From Amphiplicatus sp. (GTDB lineage Bacteria > Pseudomonadota > Alphaproteobacteria > Caulobacterales > Parvularculaceae): a stretch of DNA of 64,000 nt. Below, piece after piece: positions 34,358 through 44,754 of the stretch. A program made the translations under genes and the position numbers. The DNA lies in contig JAVJPA010000175.1 in the NCBI GenBank assembly GCA_040216495.1, positions 7,333 to 71,332 of the forward strand, in the 5' to 3' direction. The notes below the pieces were generated by a model that ran no database searches, was not told where the DNA came from, and worked only from the letters and a program-made list of their open reading frames with translations. Positions within the stretch are counted from its first letter, which is position 1. Each line of letters begins with the position of its first letter.

Positions 34358-35626
34358 TTGCACCATTTCACTTACAAGAACGGCGTTCTCCACGCAGAGG
34401 ATGCGAGCCTCGAACAGGTCGCCGCTTCGGTGGGCACGCCCTTCTACTGTTACAGCGAGGCGACGCTGCGTCGGCATGTGGGCGTTTTCCGCGACGCCTT
34501 CAACGGACTTGAAACGCTGATCGCCTATTCGGTGAAAGCCAATTCCAATATCTCTGTACTCAAAGTGCTGGCGAGCGAAGGCGCGGGCGCTGATGTCGTT
34601 TCCGGCGGCGAGCTTCGCCGCGCCCGCGCGGCGGGCATACCGGCGACGAAAATCGTCTTCTCCGGCGTCGGAAAGACGCGGGAGGAAATGGCGCTGGCCC
34701 TTGATGTGGGCATTCACCAATTCAACATCGAATCCGCGCCGGAACTTGAGGCGCTGAACGAGGTCGCGCTGTCGAAGGGCGCGCGCGCGCACATCGCCTT
34801 CCGCGTCAACCCCGACGTCAAAGCGGGCGGCCACGAAAAAATCTCGACCGGCAAGGCTGGCGACAAGTTCGGCGTCGCCTGGGGCCGGGCGCAGGAACTC
34901 TACGCCCGCGCGGCGTCTTTGAAAGGCATCGCGGTCAAGGGCGTCGATGTGCATATCGGCTCGCAGATTTCAGATCTCGCCCCGTTCGAAGCCGCGTTCC
35001 GCAAGGTGGCGGGGCTGGTCGAAACCTTGCGCGCCGACGGCCACGCCATCGAGCGCGTCGACGTGGGCGGCGGCCTCGGCATTCCCTATGGAGACGGCAT
35101 CGTCGACCCGCCGCACCCGGACGATTACGCCCGGCTCATCCGCAAGATCGCCGAACCGCTGGGCGTACAGCTCATCTGCGAGCCGGGACGGATGATCGTC
35201 GGCAATGCGGGCGTGCTCGTCGCGCGCGTCGTCTATGACAAGGACGCGGACGGGCGACGGATTCTCATTCTTGACGCCGGCATGAACGATCTGATCCGCC
35301 CCGCCCTGTACGGCTCGTTCCATGCAATCGAGCCCGTGCGCGAAGCGGAAAGCGGTGCGCCGACGGTGGAGTATGACGTTGTCGGTCCCGTCTGCGAATC
35401 GAGCGACATCTTCGCAAAAGCGCGCCCGCTGCCCGAATTGAAGTCCGGCGATCTCATCGCCTTCATGTCAGCCGGCGCCTATGGCGCGGTGCAGGGCTCG
35501 CAATACAACACCCGGCCTGCGACACCGGAAGTGCTCGCCAGCGGCGAGCGTTTCGCCATCATCCGCAGGCGCCCAAGCTTTGAAGAAATGATCGCGGGAG
35601 AGGCGGCTCCGGACTGGCTAAGCTGA
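34358..35626 (+). CDS. lysA: Diaminopimelate decarboxylase
   Basis: HHF.Y..G.LHAE, YSVKANSN, DVVSGGEL, HIGSQ, DVGGGLG, CEPGR, GPVCESSD; TTG start inferred. Confidence 0.95.
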   Translation: MHHFTYKNGVLHAEDASLEQVAASVGTPFYCYSEATLRRHVGVFRDAFNGLETLIAYSVKANSNISVLKVLASEGAGADVVSGGELRRARAAGIPATKIVFSGVGKTREEMALALDVGIHQFNIESAPELEALNEVALSKGARAHIAFRVNPDVKAGGHEKISTGKAGDKFGVAWGRAQELYARAASLKGIAVKGVDVHIGSQISDLAPFEAAFRKVAGLVETLRADGHAIERVDVGGGLGIPYGDGIVDPPHPDDYARLIRKIAEPLGVQLICEPGRMIVGNAGVLVARVVYDKDADGRRILILDAGMNDLIRPALYGSFHAIEPVREAESGAPTVEYDVVGPVCESSDIFAKARPLPELKSGDLIAFMSAGAYGAVQGSQYNTRPATPEVLASGERFAIIRRRPSFEEMIAGEAAPDWLS

Positions 35627-35677
35627 CGCTGCGCTGAACGCTTGCCAAGCTCTGTCCGCCCGGCACATCTTCGCCGC

Positions 35678-36613
35678 ATGACAGACGTCGATCCGAAAAC
35701 CCGCATGCTGCTCGACATGATCGCCGCATTGGGCGAACCGCCGCTCAGCGAAACCAGCGTCAGTGACTTCCGCGCAAGGAGAGCGCGCGGGCGGGCATTG
35801 ATCAACCCGACGTCTCCGGAGCTTCCCGTCATTCTCGATACGCATGTCGACGGCGCCGCCGGATCATTGAAAGCGCGCATTTACGACACGCTGGAGGGAG
35901 AGCACCGCCCAACCCTGATTTACTTCCATGGCGGCGGCTTTTGTTACGGCGATCTTGATAGCCACGACCCGTTATGCCGGCGGCTTGCTGCGCATGGCGG
36001 GATGCGCGTGATCGCCGTCGATTACAGACTGGCGCCGGAAACGCCTTTTCCCGGTCCGGTCGACGACGCTATCGCAGCGCTCGAATCGATCGCGACCAAG
36101 GCGGCGCGCTATGGCGCCGATCCGGCCCGGCTCGCGATCGGCGGCGACTCCGCCGGAGCCTGCCTCTCCACCATCGCCGCAAGGCATGCGGCGCGCACGG
36201 ACGGACCGGCGCTCAAGTTTCAGCTTCTGATTTACCCCGTGGTGCAGGAAGCGCGGGCGACGCCGTCTCGGGAAAAATTCGCCGCCGGCTATTTCCTCAC
36301 CAGCGAAACCATGGGTTGGTTCCGCGATCACTATCTCGGCAAGGATTTCGACCCTTCCGACGAATGGGTATCCCCGTTGCTGTCGCCGCCGCCCGCGGGG
36401 CTTGCGCCGGCGTTGGTGATTACCGCCGGATTCGATCCGCTGCTCGACGAGGGGCGCGACTATGCGGAAACGCTTAAGGCGGCGGGGATTCCTGTCGACT
36501 ATGTCGAGTATCCCGACCAGATTCACGGTTTCTTTTCGTTCACCGCATTTTCGACCGTCGCCGAGGAAGCGATCGCCTCAGCCGCGTGCGCGACAGCGAA
36601 AGCGCTGGGATAG
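35678..36613 (+). CDS. Alpha/beta hydrolase (HSL-type esterase)
   Basis: YFHGGGF, DYRLAPE, GDSAGA, DPLLDEG, HGF. Confidence 0.92.
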   Translation: MTDVDPKTRMLLDMIAALGEPPLSETSVSDFRARRARGRALINPTSPELPVILDTHVDGAAGSLKARIYDTLEGEHRPTLIYFHGGGFCYGDLDSHDPLCRRLAAHGGMRVIAVDYRLAPETPFPGPVDDAIAALESIATKAARYGADPARLAIGGDSAGACLSTIAARHAARTDGPALKFQLLIYPVVQEARATPSREKFAAGYFLTSETMGWFRDHYLGKDFDPSDEWVSPLLSPPPAGLAPALVITAGFDPLLDEGRDYAETLKAAGIPVDYVEYPDQIHGFFSFTAFSTVAEEAIASAACATAKALG

Positions 36614-36616
36614 CGG

Positions 36617-36991
36617 CTAAAATCCGTACACGATCTGAAGATTATTGATGACGATCCCGACGTTGAAAATGATCGCCGCGATAAAAATGCCGAGCACGAC
36701 ACGGTGCGGAAACCACAAGACCATAAAACTGATGACGCCTTGAAGGAGGAGCTTCGCGGCGACCCAGCCATGGCCGATATTGTCCATCGCGGCGCGCAGA
36801 ACCGGATTGACCTCTTCCGCCACGCCGGAATGAACGCCGAGAAGCGTCGAATAAATGTCGGCGATCCCTACGAAATTGTAGAAAACAACCAGCGTCCATG
36901 CGACGAGCAGATTGACCTCGTTGAGGCGGGATTCGGATGCGTCCTTCGAGAGCGTTTTGCGACGCTTTGAGGATATGATCGACCAGACCAA
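36617..36991 (-). CDS. DUF5658-like small membrane protein
   Basis: D..ST.......E.NP motif followed by hydrophobic helices. Confidence 0.7.
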   Translation of the reverse strand: MVWSIISSKRRKTLSKDASESRLNEVNLLVAWTLVVFYNFVGIADIYSTLLGVHSGVAEEVNPVLRAAMDNIGHGWVAAKLLLQGVISFMVLWFPHRVVLGIFIAAIIFNVGIVINNLQIVYGF

Positions 36992-37107
36992 GCCGGCGCT
37001 CCGTTAACTTTGCCCCGCCCGGCTTGCGCCCTGACGGGGTTTACTCACGATAAAGCGCGGCCCGGCCAATCGACGGGCGGCGGCGTCCGCGATAGATTGC
37101 AAAAAGT

Positions 37108-39555
37108 ATGACGATCGAGTTGAGACAGCCCGGCCCCGGAAGCAAGGGGCGCGAGGGCGAAAAATCGCGAACGCGCCCAGGCCCGCTGGCGGTGCGCGCT
37201 GCGCGGGCCGTCCTGTTCTGGGAAAGGCTGTGGCCGGCCCTTCTCCCCGCGCTGGCGCCCGGATTCATCATCCTCATTCTGGCGCTTTTCGGCGTTTTCG
37301 CTGCTGTCCCGTCCTGGCTGCACTGGCTCGCTTTAGCCGCCGCCGGCGCCGTAACCGTCGGGGCGACGATTCGCTATGGGCGCGAAGCCTCTCTCCCCAC
37401 CCGTCGGGAGGCGCTCGAACGGCTGGAACGCGACGGCGCAGTCGCGCATGCGCCGCTCCAGGCGCTCGAAGACCGCCCCTTCGGCGCTGGCGCTCAGGAA
37501 AGCCCGCTCTGGCGCGCGCATCTTCAGGATATGGCGCGGCGCGCGAAGCTGGCGCGGCTGCGCGCGCCGCGCGCCACCGCCGACGATCGCGACCCCCACG
37601 CGCTGCGCTTCGCCGCAATCGGCCTTTTCATCGTCGCCCTCGTCGTCGCCGGCCCCGACCGCGACGCACGGCTGGCGAGCGCTCTCACGCCGAACGCCGC
37701 GTTCAAGGGCGGCGGCGCAGTCGCCGATCTGTGGATCGAGCCGCCGCCCTACACCGGCAAGGCGCCCATTTTTCTCCTGCGCTCCGGCGGCGCCGTCTCC
37801 GGCTCGCGCGCGCAGATCGATGCGCCGGAAGGCTCCAAGGTCATTGCGACCGCGGCTGACCTGCGCGGCGTGCGCCTCAGCATCACTACTTCCGACGAAG
37901 AGACGAAAGCCGTCGCAGCTGACGGCCAGCTCCGCCTTCCACTCAAAAGCGGCCTCGTCCGCATGCGGATCGGCGGCGCGGAAGGACGCTGGCCGGTGGC
38001 TGTCATCGCTGACACGCCGCCCCTGGCGCGCTTTATCGAGCCGCCGGCGACGACCGACGACGCGCGCCTCGCCATCGCAGTCGCGGTGGAGGACGATTAC
38101 GGAATCGCGAGCGCCTCGCTGCGATTGAAGCTCGATCCGGATCAGCCCCGCCCGCTCGATGCGCCGGCGCTCGACGAAGCCTCCATCCGCGCGGAGCGGG
38201 TGATCGAACTGGACGGCCTGGCCGGCGAGACCGGCGAACGCCGGTTCGATCTCGATTTGCAGGCGGACCCGTGGGCGGGATTGAAGGTTATCGGCCGTCT
38301 CGTCGTCCGCGACGGCGCGGGCAAGGAAGGCGCGACAGAAGAAGCGGCGTTCGCCTTGCCGGCGCGGCCATTCTTCAATCCGCTCGCGCGCGCGGTCGTC
38401 GAGCAACGCCAAACTCTCGCCGTGGCCCCGGCCGAGTGGCACCGCGCCGGACGCTCGTTCGACGCGCTGACGCTCGCGCCTGAAGCCTTCTACGAGCGGC
38501 CGACCGACTATCTCCTTGTACGGACCGCCTTCTGGCGAGTGATGCGTCAGGGCGGAAAAGACTTCTCCAAAACCGTTTCTGAATTCTGGCCCCTCGCTCT
38601 CCAACTCGAAGACGAGGCGCTTGAGCTGGCGCGCCGCCGTCTTGAAGCCGCGCAAGACGCGCTTAGGCAAGCGCTGGAACGCGGCGCAAGCGACAGCGAA
38701 GTGTCGCGCCTTGTCGAGGAACTGCGCGAGGCGATGCGGCAGTATCTGCAGGCGCTCGCCGAATCCGGGCAAAGCATGGCGGAAGGGGAAGGCGGTCAGG
38801 GTCAATCTCTGAACGAAAGCGATCTTGAACAGATGCTCGATTCGATCCGCGACCTTTCCCAGTCCGGCGCGCAGAACGCCGCCCGTCAGGCGCTCAGCGA
38901 TCTTGAAAACCTGCTCAACAATCTGCGCCTCTCGTCACGCGGCGGCGGCCAGGGTCAAAATCCGGGACAGCAGGGTCAGGGACAATCCGGGCAAGGCGGT
39001 CCGGCTGGCGCGGCCGGCGATCTCATCGGCCGCCAGCGCGACCTCGCCAACCGTTCGTTTGAACGCAGCGGCGAGCCGGGCGCGACAGGCGACGATCTTG
39101 CACGAGAAGAAGGCGCGCTGTCGGACGATTTGAGAAACCTTCTCGACCAGCTTCGCGCCGGCGAGAGCGATCCGGGTGGCGAAGCGTCGAGCGCTCTTGG
39201 CGAAGCGCTAACGGAAATGGGCCGCGCCGAAGAAGCGCTCGAAGGCGGCGATTTCGGCGCCGCCAATACCGCCATGGAGCGCGCCATTGCGGGCCTGCGC
39301 GACGGCGCCGAAGCGCTGGCGCAGGAAGAAGCAAGGCAAGCGCGCGAAGGGCGCGGCGAAGGACAGTCCGGACCCGCCGTCGATCCGCTCGGACGCCCGA
39401 TCGGCGACGCAGCGAGCGGCGGCGTCGATGTGCCAGAAGGTCTCGAAGGGCAGCGCGCACGCGACGTTCTCAACGAATTGCGGCGAAGACTGTCCGACGG
39501 CAAACGCAGCGAAGAAGAGATCGAATATCTGGAGCGCTTGCTGGAGAGGTTTTAG
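37108..39555 (+). CDS. TIGR02302/DUF4175 family protein
   Basis: LFWERLWP, DRDPHALR, WIEPPPYTGKAP, DDYGI, F.NPLARAVVEQR, C-terminal DPLGR...RAR.VL.ELRRR...YLERLL. Confidence 0.9.
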   Translation: MTIELRQPGPGSKGREGEKSRTRPGPLAVRAARAVLFWERLWPALLPALAPGFIILILALFGVFAAVPSWLHWLALAAAGAVTVGATIRYGREASLPTRREALERLERDGAVAHAPLQALEDRPFGAGAQESPLWRAHLQDMARRAKLARLRAPRATADDRDPHALRFAAIGLFIVALVVAGPDRDARLASALTPNAAFKGGGAVADLWIEPPPYTGKAPIFLLRSGGAVSGSRAQIDAPEGSKVIATAADLRGVRLSITTSDEETKAVAADGQLRLPLKSGLVRMRIGGAEGRWPVAVIADTPPLARFIEPPATTDDARLAIAVAVEDDYGIASASLRLKLDPDQPRPLDAPALDEASIRAERVIELDGLAGETGERRFDLDLQADPWAGLKVIGRLVVRDGAGKEGATEEAAFALPARPFFNPLARAVVEQRQTLAVAPAEWHRAGRSFDALTLAPEAFYERPTDYLLVRTAFWRVMRQGGKDFSKTVSEFWPLALQLEDEALELARRRLEAAQDALRQALERGASDSEVSRLVEELREAMRQYLQALAESGQSMAEGEGGQGQSLNESDLEQMLDSIRDLSQSGAQNAARQALSDLENLLNNLRLSSRGGGQGQNPGQQGQGQSGQGGPAGAAGDLIGRQRDLANRSFERSGEPGATGDDLAREEGALSDDLRNLLDQLRAGESDPGGEASSALGEALTEMGRAEEALEGGDFGAANTAMERAIAGLRDGAEALAQEEARQAREGRGEGQSGPAVDPLGRPIGDAASGGVDVPEGLEGQRARDVLNELRRRLSDGKRSEEEIEYLERLLERF

Positions 39556-39610
39556 CCCGAAAAATCCGAGACAGCGCACTTCCTTTCTCTACTGAACATC
39601 TCCCCGTCGG

Positions 39611-40123
39611 TCACGCCGCCCCGATAAACGGCACGCCCCGCTTGCGTCCGTCATCATCCATGCCGTAGCCGATCAGAAAATCGTCGGCGCCGGCTTCAAA
39701 GCCGACATAGTCGGCGGCGATATCGACGCTGTGCCCGGTCGCCTTGCGCACCAGCACGCACAATTTGGCCTCGCGCGCGCCGCGCGCAAGCACCATCTCC
39801 CGCGCGAAGTGCAGACTGCGGCCCGTGTCGAGCACATCATCGACCAGCAGCACCGAACGGCCCTGCAACTCGACGCTGAAATCCTTGAGCAGCGTCACGA
39901 CGCCGCTGGACGCGCGCGCGCCGCCATAGCTCGACAATTGCACAAAATCGACAAGCGGGTCGGCGCCGCGCGCATGGAGCGCGCGCAACAGGTCGGCCGC
40001 GAAAATGAACGCGCCGGTCAATACCGGCGCCATCAGGAAATCTTTCGGCAGGTCGCCGGCGATCGTGTCGGCGAGCGCATCGATGCGAGCCCTCACCTCT
40101 GTTTCGCTGTAGAGCGTGCGCAT
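39611..40123 (-). CDS. hpt: Hypoxanthine phosphoribosyltransferase
   Basis: VLTGAFIFAADL, SSYG, LLVDDVLDTGRSL, FLIGYGMD. Confidence 0.88.
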   Translation of the reverse strand: MRTLYSETEVRARIDALADTIAGDLPKDFLMAPVLTGAFIFAADLLRALHARGADPLVDFVQLSSYGGARASSGVVTLLKDFSVELQGRSVLLVDDVLDTGRSLHFAREMVLARGAREAKLCVLVRKATGHSVDIAADYVGFEAGADDFLIGYGMDDDGRKRGVPFIGAA

Positions 40124-40192
40124 GATCGGCCCCTCGCAGTCTGATTGGCGAGTTTAGCGCGCTTTGCGGCGCGGTCGAGCAAGGAGTAGGAA

Positions 40193-41584
40193 TTAGTTGG
40201 CGCGGCGGCGGATAATATCGCCGATGCGCGCCTGTCCTGCCGCGTCTGGCGCAAAGGAAAGCGCCACTTCGACCACGCCTTCGGGCGCAGGCGCCCGCGT
40301 GACGAAGTCGGCGCTTGCGCCCTTGCCGATCTCAGCAGCGTCGAGGGCGAACGTCCAGCGCGCCAGAAGCTCGCCTTTGGGTCCGAGCGCTTCGGCCTGC
40401 ATCAACGGCGCGGGCACGCCTGCACTGCTGTCGTTCCTCAAAACGCCGGTGATCTCGATGGTGGGGCCGCCGGTGGACATGGCGAAACGGTGCGCGACCT
40501 GCTCGATCCTGAGCCCGTGCGGGTTTGCTTCGATTCCGATCACCGCATAGGCGCCTGCCGCCTTCGGCCACAAGGCGACGATGTCGTTGCGGTAGGCGTA
40601 GGCGACGAAGCATGTTGCGGCGACAATGCCGATCCATACCGACCAGCCGAGCGCCCGCAGCGGCGTCATGCGATTCTTTTCACGCGCCTCTGCGCGTCGG
40701 CGCGCTTTGCGAATGGCGCGCTCAAGCTCTTTGGGCTGTACGCGCAGCGCGGCGAAGAATTCGTCATTGAACAAGCGTTCAGCAACCGGCTCCAGATCCT
40801 CGATCCGCGCCAACGCCGTGGCGCGGCGACGTTCGGCGCGCAGGCGTCTGCCGAATCCGCGTTCCGTATCCGCATCCTCTCCATCGACATCTTCGAAATC
40901 GGCGTCGACGATCACCGCCTCTGCCGGGTTCGGCGCATCGTTGCGCGCTGAATCGACAAAGCGCAGCCCCTCGTCACGCAAGCTGCGGTCATCGCGACTG
41001 TTGCGATTTTCACCGCGGCTGGTTCGATCATCGCCATCGCGCGCATACCGGGAAGGCTTCTCCGTCGTTTTTTCAGGCGTCCTTGCGAACAGGCGGTCGT
41101 CCTCATCGTCTTCCGGTTCCGGAATGCGGGACGAGGCGCTGCGTAGATCTTCCGGACGCGGTTCGTCGTGGCGATCGAAAAATCCGCGCCAGTCCGGGTC
41201 TCCTTTACCGGCGACGGATGTTTGCGGCCCCTTGTGTCCCTGCTCGGAGCGACGGCGCTCTGTCTCTTCAGGAACTGGCGTCTCGCGCGCTGCGGCGATG
41301 CGCTCAGCGCCTCGCCCGAACAGCCGCTCGTCGTCTTTGCGGCGGTCTCTTTGGCGCTCTGAAACCTCAGAATCACAGTATCCGGCATTGTCGGATGAGC
41401 GATCTGCGGTCTCCTCGCGCGGCTTGCCGGGCCTCCGGACAGTCATTAACTCCTCAACCGGCGACGGCGCCGGCACAAACCAGCTTTCGCCGCACGCCGC
41501 GCACCGGACCGAGCGGCCATCAGGGTGGAAGCGCTCGTCGTCCACATCGTACCGCGTGGCGCATTCTGGGCAGGTGATTATCAT
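40193..41584 (-). CDS. zitP: Zinc-ribbon (MJ0042-type) + TM + DUF3426 protein, ZitP-like
   Basis: CPECATRY...GRSVRCAACGESW; TM near aa 320-335; C-terminal WP.AAGAY..IG, ITG.LRN; divergent from ftsE. Confidence 0.7.
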   Translation of the reverse strand: MIITCPECATRYDVDDERFHPDGRSVRCAACGESWFVPAPSPVEELMTVRRPGKPREETADRSSDNAGYCDSEVSERQRDRRKDDERLFGRGAERIAAARETPVPEETERRRSEQGHKGPQTSVAGKGDPDWRGFFDRHDEPRPEDLRSASSRIPEPEDDEDDRLFARTPEKTTEKPSRYARDGDDRTSRGENRNSRDDRSLRDEGLRFVDSARNDAPNPAEAVIVDADFEDVDGEDADTERGFGRRLRAERRRATALARIEDLEPVAERLFNDEFFAALRVQPKELERAIRKARRRAEAREKNRMTPLRALGWSVWIGIVAATCFVAYAYRNDIVALWPKAAGAYAVIGIEANPHGLRIEQVAHRFAMSTGGPTIEITGVLRNDSSAGVPAPLMQAEALGPKGELLARWTFALDAAEIGKGASADFVTRAPAPEGVVEVALSFAPDAAGQARIGDIIRRRAN

Positions 41585-41661
41585 GGCCGGGCAGAATCAG
41601 GGTTTTGCTGGGCTGAAAGCGCGCTGTGCCGCTGGCCGCATCCCGCAATGGAGCGCCGAAC

Positions 41662-42354
41662 GTGATCGTCGGCTTTGAAAATGTCGGCCTCGCCTATGAG
41701 GGGCAGCCTGAGATCCTCGCCGATCTCGAGTTCACCCTGGGCGAAGGCGAGTTCCGGTTTCTCACGGGCCCCTCCGGAGCTGGAAAAACCTCGCTTTTGA
41801 AGCTGATCTATCTGGCGCACCGACCGACCCGCGGGCGGCTCACCCTGTTCGGCGAAGACGTGACGAGCGCTCCGCGCGAGGCGCTGCCTGCGCTGCGCCG
41901 CCGCATCGGCGTCGTCTTTCAGGAGTTCCGTCTCCTCGACCACCTGACCGCCTTCGAAAACGTCGCGTTGCCGATGAAAGTCGCCGGCGTTAACCAAAAT
42001 CAATATCGGGAAGACGTAAGGGAACTCTTAAATTGGGTCGGGCTTGGAGACCGCATAAACGCTCGCCCGCCGACCCTTTCCGGCGGGGAGAAGCAGCGCG
42101 TGGCGCTGGCCCGGGCGCTGGTGACGAAACCCGACCTGATCCTCGCCGACGAGCCGACGGGCAACGTCGATCCGGTGATGGGCGAGAAGATCATGAAACT
42201 CTTCGTCGAGTTGAATAAGCTTGGCGCCGCGGTGATCGTCGCGACCCATGACCTTTCGTTGATCTCCGCCCTCGACAAGCCGACCGTGGTGCTTCGCGAA
42301 GGCCGGCTTTCTCCCGATGGGAGCGAACCGCAACGCAAGACAGCGCGCCGATGA
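41662..42354 (+). CDS. ftsE: Cell division ATP-binding protein FtsE
   Basis: GPSGAGKTSLLKLI, RRRIGVVFQEFRLL, LSGGEKQR, LADEPTGNVD; followed by ftsX. Confidence 0.93.
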   Translation: MIVGFENVGLAYEGQPEILADLEFTLGEGEFRFLTGPSGAGKTSLLKLIYLAHRPTRGRLTLFGEDVTSAPREALPALRRRIGVVFQEFRLLDHLTAFENVALPMKVAGVNQNQYREDVRELLNWVGLGDRINARPPTLSGGEKQRVALARALVTKPDLILADEPTGNVDPVMGEKIMKLFVELNKLGAAVIVATHDLSLISALDKPTVVLREGRLSPDGSEPQRKTARR

Positions 42355-43316
42355 GCGACACGAAACTTATCGCGGAACGTTTCGCCAACGACGGCGGCGG
42401 AGAAGAAAGCCCGCCTGCGCCGGGGCTCTTCCGCAGAATGCGCGCAGAACCCCTGTTGCCCGAAGCCGGCGCCGGCGGCGCGCCGTTGACGGCCGTCATC
42501 GCCGTCATGTCGTTTCTTGCAGCGCTGGCGCTCGCTGCTTTCATCATCATAGCGAGCGCGGCCGGCGCGTGGACGAGCGAGCTCAGAAGCGCGCTGACCG
42601 TTCAAATAAAAGGCGCCGACGCCGCGACCATCGTCTCGCTGACGCAAGCGGCGATGGAAGTGCTTAACTCCACGGAAGGCGTCGTTGAAGCGCGCGCGCT
42701 CAGTCCCGAAGAATCCGCCAAACTGCTCGAACCGTGGCTTGGGAAGGGCAATGTCAGCGCCTATCTCAACATTCCCGCAATTATCGAAGTGCAAATCACC
42801 GACGATCTGCGCCGCGATATCGGGCTGCTGCGCACACGTCTCGACGCGGCCGCGCCCGGCGCCGTCATCGACGATCACGGCGAATGGCACCAACGATTGG
42901 CGACGGCGGCGCGCTCGGGTCAGGCGCTCGCTTTCGCCGTCTTCGTGCTCATCATGGGAGCGGCCTTCGCAATTTCGATGTTCGCGGCAAGGGCGGGGCT
43001 GGCGGCGAACAGCGAGATCGTCTCCCTCCTACACCTTGTCGGCGCAACGGACGACTTCATCGCCGGTCAGGTGCAGCGGCGTTTTCTGGTTCTGGGCGTT
43101 CGCGGGTCGCTGACCGGCCTGCTCGGCGCCCTGCTCGCGCTCGGGCTCGCCGCGCTGGCGCTGAGAGCGAGCGGCGGGGCGGCCGATTTCCTGCCCGAGC
43201 TGAAACTGGGGCCGAGCCTCGTTTTGCCGCTTCTGGTTGTTCCCTTCGCGCTTTGTCTCGTCACGGCGGCGACCGCGCGAACCACTGTCCTGCGAACTCT
43301 CGCCAAGGAGCTCTGA
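42351..43316 (+). CDS. ftsX: Cell division permease FtsX
   Basis: TM, W.SEL...LTVQI, LLEPWLG, IDDH..W, LHLVGATD.FIA. Confidence 0.88.
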   Translation: MSDTKLIAERFANDGGGEESPPAPGLFRRMRAEPLLPEAGAGGAPLTAVIAVMSFLAALALAAFIIIASAAGAWTSELRSALTVQIKGADAATIVSLTQAAMEVLNSTEGVVEARALSPEESAKLLEPWLGKGNVSAYLNIPAIIEVQITDDLRRDIGLLRTRLDAAAPGAVIDDHGEWHQRLATAARSGQALAFAVFVLIMGAAFAISMFAARAGLAANSEIVSLLHLVGATDDFIAGQVQRRFLVLGVRGSLTGLLGALLALGLAALALRASGGAADFLPELKLGPSLVLPLLVVPFALCLVTAATARTTVLRTLAKEL

Positions 43317-43412
43317 ACCCTTCTCCCTTGCATCCTTGGGCCGACTGGACCCCCTTCGGGAAATCCGGCTATCGTCACTACTCGGGGGCTGCGGGCGTGG
43401 AGGGATACGGTT

Positions 43413-43994
43413 TTGGCGGCGCGTATTTTTTTGGGACTATTCGCCCTCGCTCTTGTGTGGGCCATAGGGCTTGTTCTTTTCGTAACCGAGCTTCCTGAAA
43501 TCGACCCCCAACCCGTCGCGGCGGCTGACGGGGTCGTCGTCTATACGGGCGGCGGCGCGCGCATCGCGGCCGGCATGACCTTGATGGACCAAGGCGCGGC
43601 CAAGCGCCTCCTCATCTCCGGCGTCAACCCCGATATCTCGCGCGACGAGATCGGCAAGATGTGGCCCGGCGCCGCCGGAACCTTCGATTGCTGCGTCGAT
43701 CTCGGCGCCCAGGCGCGCACCACGGAAGGCAACGCCGCGGAAGTCAGCGACTGGGCGCGCGAACATGGCTTTGCGAGCCTCATTCTGGTGACCTCCGACT
43801 ACCATATGCCGCGAGCGCTGGTGGAAACCCATGCGCGGTTGCCGGCGGTCGACATCGTTTCCTACGCGGTCGCGTCCGACCTGCTGGACGGAGCCAATCG
43901 GCCGGTTTCTGTCGATGCGTGGCGGATACTCGCCATCGAGTATTCCAAATATTTAGCAGCGCGCGCGAAAACATTCGCGCGCATCACCGCGTGA
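43413..43994 (+). CDS. YdcF/DUF218 family protein
   Basis: VVYTGG..RI, LLISGV, ARTTEGNA.E, LVTSDYHMPRA. Confidence 0.88.
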   Translation: MAARIFLGLFALALVWAIGLVLFVTELPEIDPQPVAAADGVVVYTGGGARIAAGMTLMDQGAAKRLLISGVNPDISRDEIGKMWPGAAGTFDCCVDLGAQARTTEGNAAEVSDWAREHGFASLILVTSDYHMPRALVETHARLPAVDIVSYAVASDLLDGANRPVSVDAWRILAIEYSKYLAARAKTFARITA

Positions 43995-44007
43995 CGCCGA
44001 CCGCGCA

Positions 44008-44754
44008 ATGACCCGTATCCGAAGCGCGATTTTCCTCGCCTATCTTGTTTTCGCGACAATCCTCATAGGCGTCTTCTGCATTCCCGCGCCTTTGATCGGC
44101 GAAAAACCGGCGCGCGCGTTCGTCAAAATCTGGGCGCGGATGGTTCTGTTCGGTCTTAAAAACATCTGCGGCGTCACCCACAGGATCATCGGCGCTGAAA
44201 ATCTGCCCGCAGGCGGCGCGATCGTCGCCTCCAATCATCAATCAATGTGGGAGACGATGATCTTTTTCGCGATCCTCCCGAATCCGGTCGCAATTTTTAA
44301 AGCCGAGCTTCTCAAGGTGCCGCTCTACGGCTGGTGGGGCGCGCGCGCGGGCTCTATTCCCATTGACCGCGCGGCCGGGGTGAAATCGATCCGGCTGATG
44401 ACGAAGCACGCGCGGCGGCAAATCGCCGACGGCGCGCAGATCATCGTCTTCCCGGAAGGAACGAGGACCCCCGTGGGCGAACGCGCGCCGTTGCAACCTG
44501 GCATCGCCGGCATTTATCTCGCGACGGGCGCGCCGTGCGTGCCGGCGGGGCACGATTCCGGGCGTTTCTGGCGCCACCCCGGCCCGTTGAAAGTCCCGGG
44601 CGTCATCACCTTGACGATTCTGCCCGCCATTGCGCCCGGTCTTGACCGGAAGACCTTTCTCTCGACCCTGCGCGAGCGTATCGATGCTGCGCGGCCTGAT
44701 CTTGAACACCCGGAACCGGATCGGACGGCGTGCGCATCGAAGCGGAACGCCTGA
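44008..44754 (+). CDS. plsC: 1-acyl-sn-glycerol-3-phosphate acyltransferase
   Basis: SNHQSMWET, K.ELL, IDR, FPEGTR. Confidence 0.88.
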   Translation: MTRIRSAIFLAYLVFATILIGVFCIPAPLIGEKPARAFVKIWARMVLFGLKNICGVTHRIIGAENLPAGGAIVASNHQSMWETMIFFAILPNPVAIFKAELLKVPLYGWWGARAGSIPIDRAAGVKSIRLMTKHARRQIADGAQIIVFPEGTRTPVGERAPLQPGIAGIYLATGAPCVPAGHDSGRFWRHPGPLKVPGVITLTILPAIAPGLDRKTFLSTLRERIDAARPDLEHPEPDRTACASKRNA

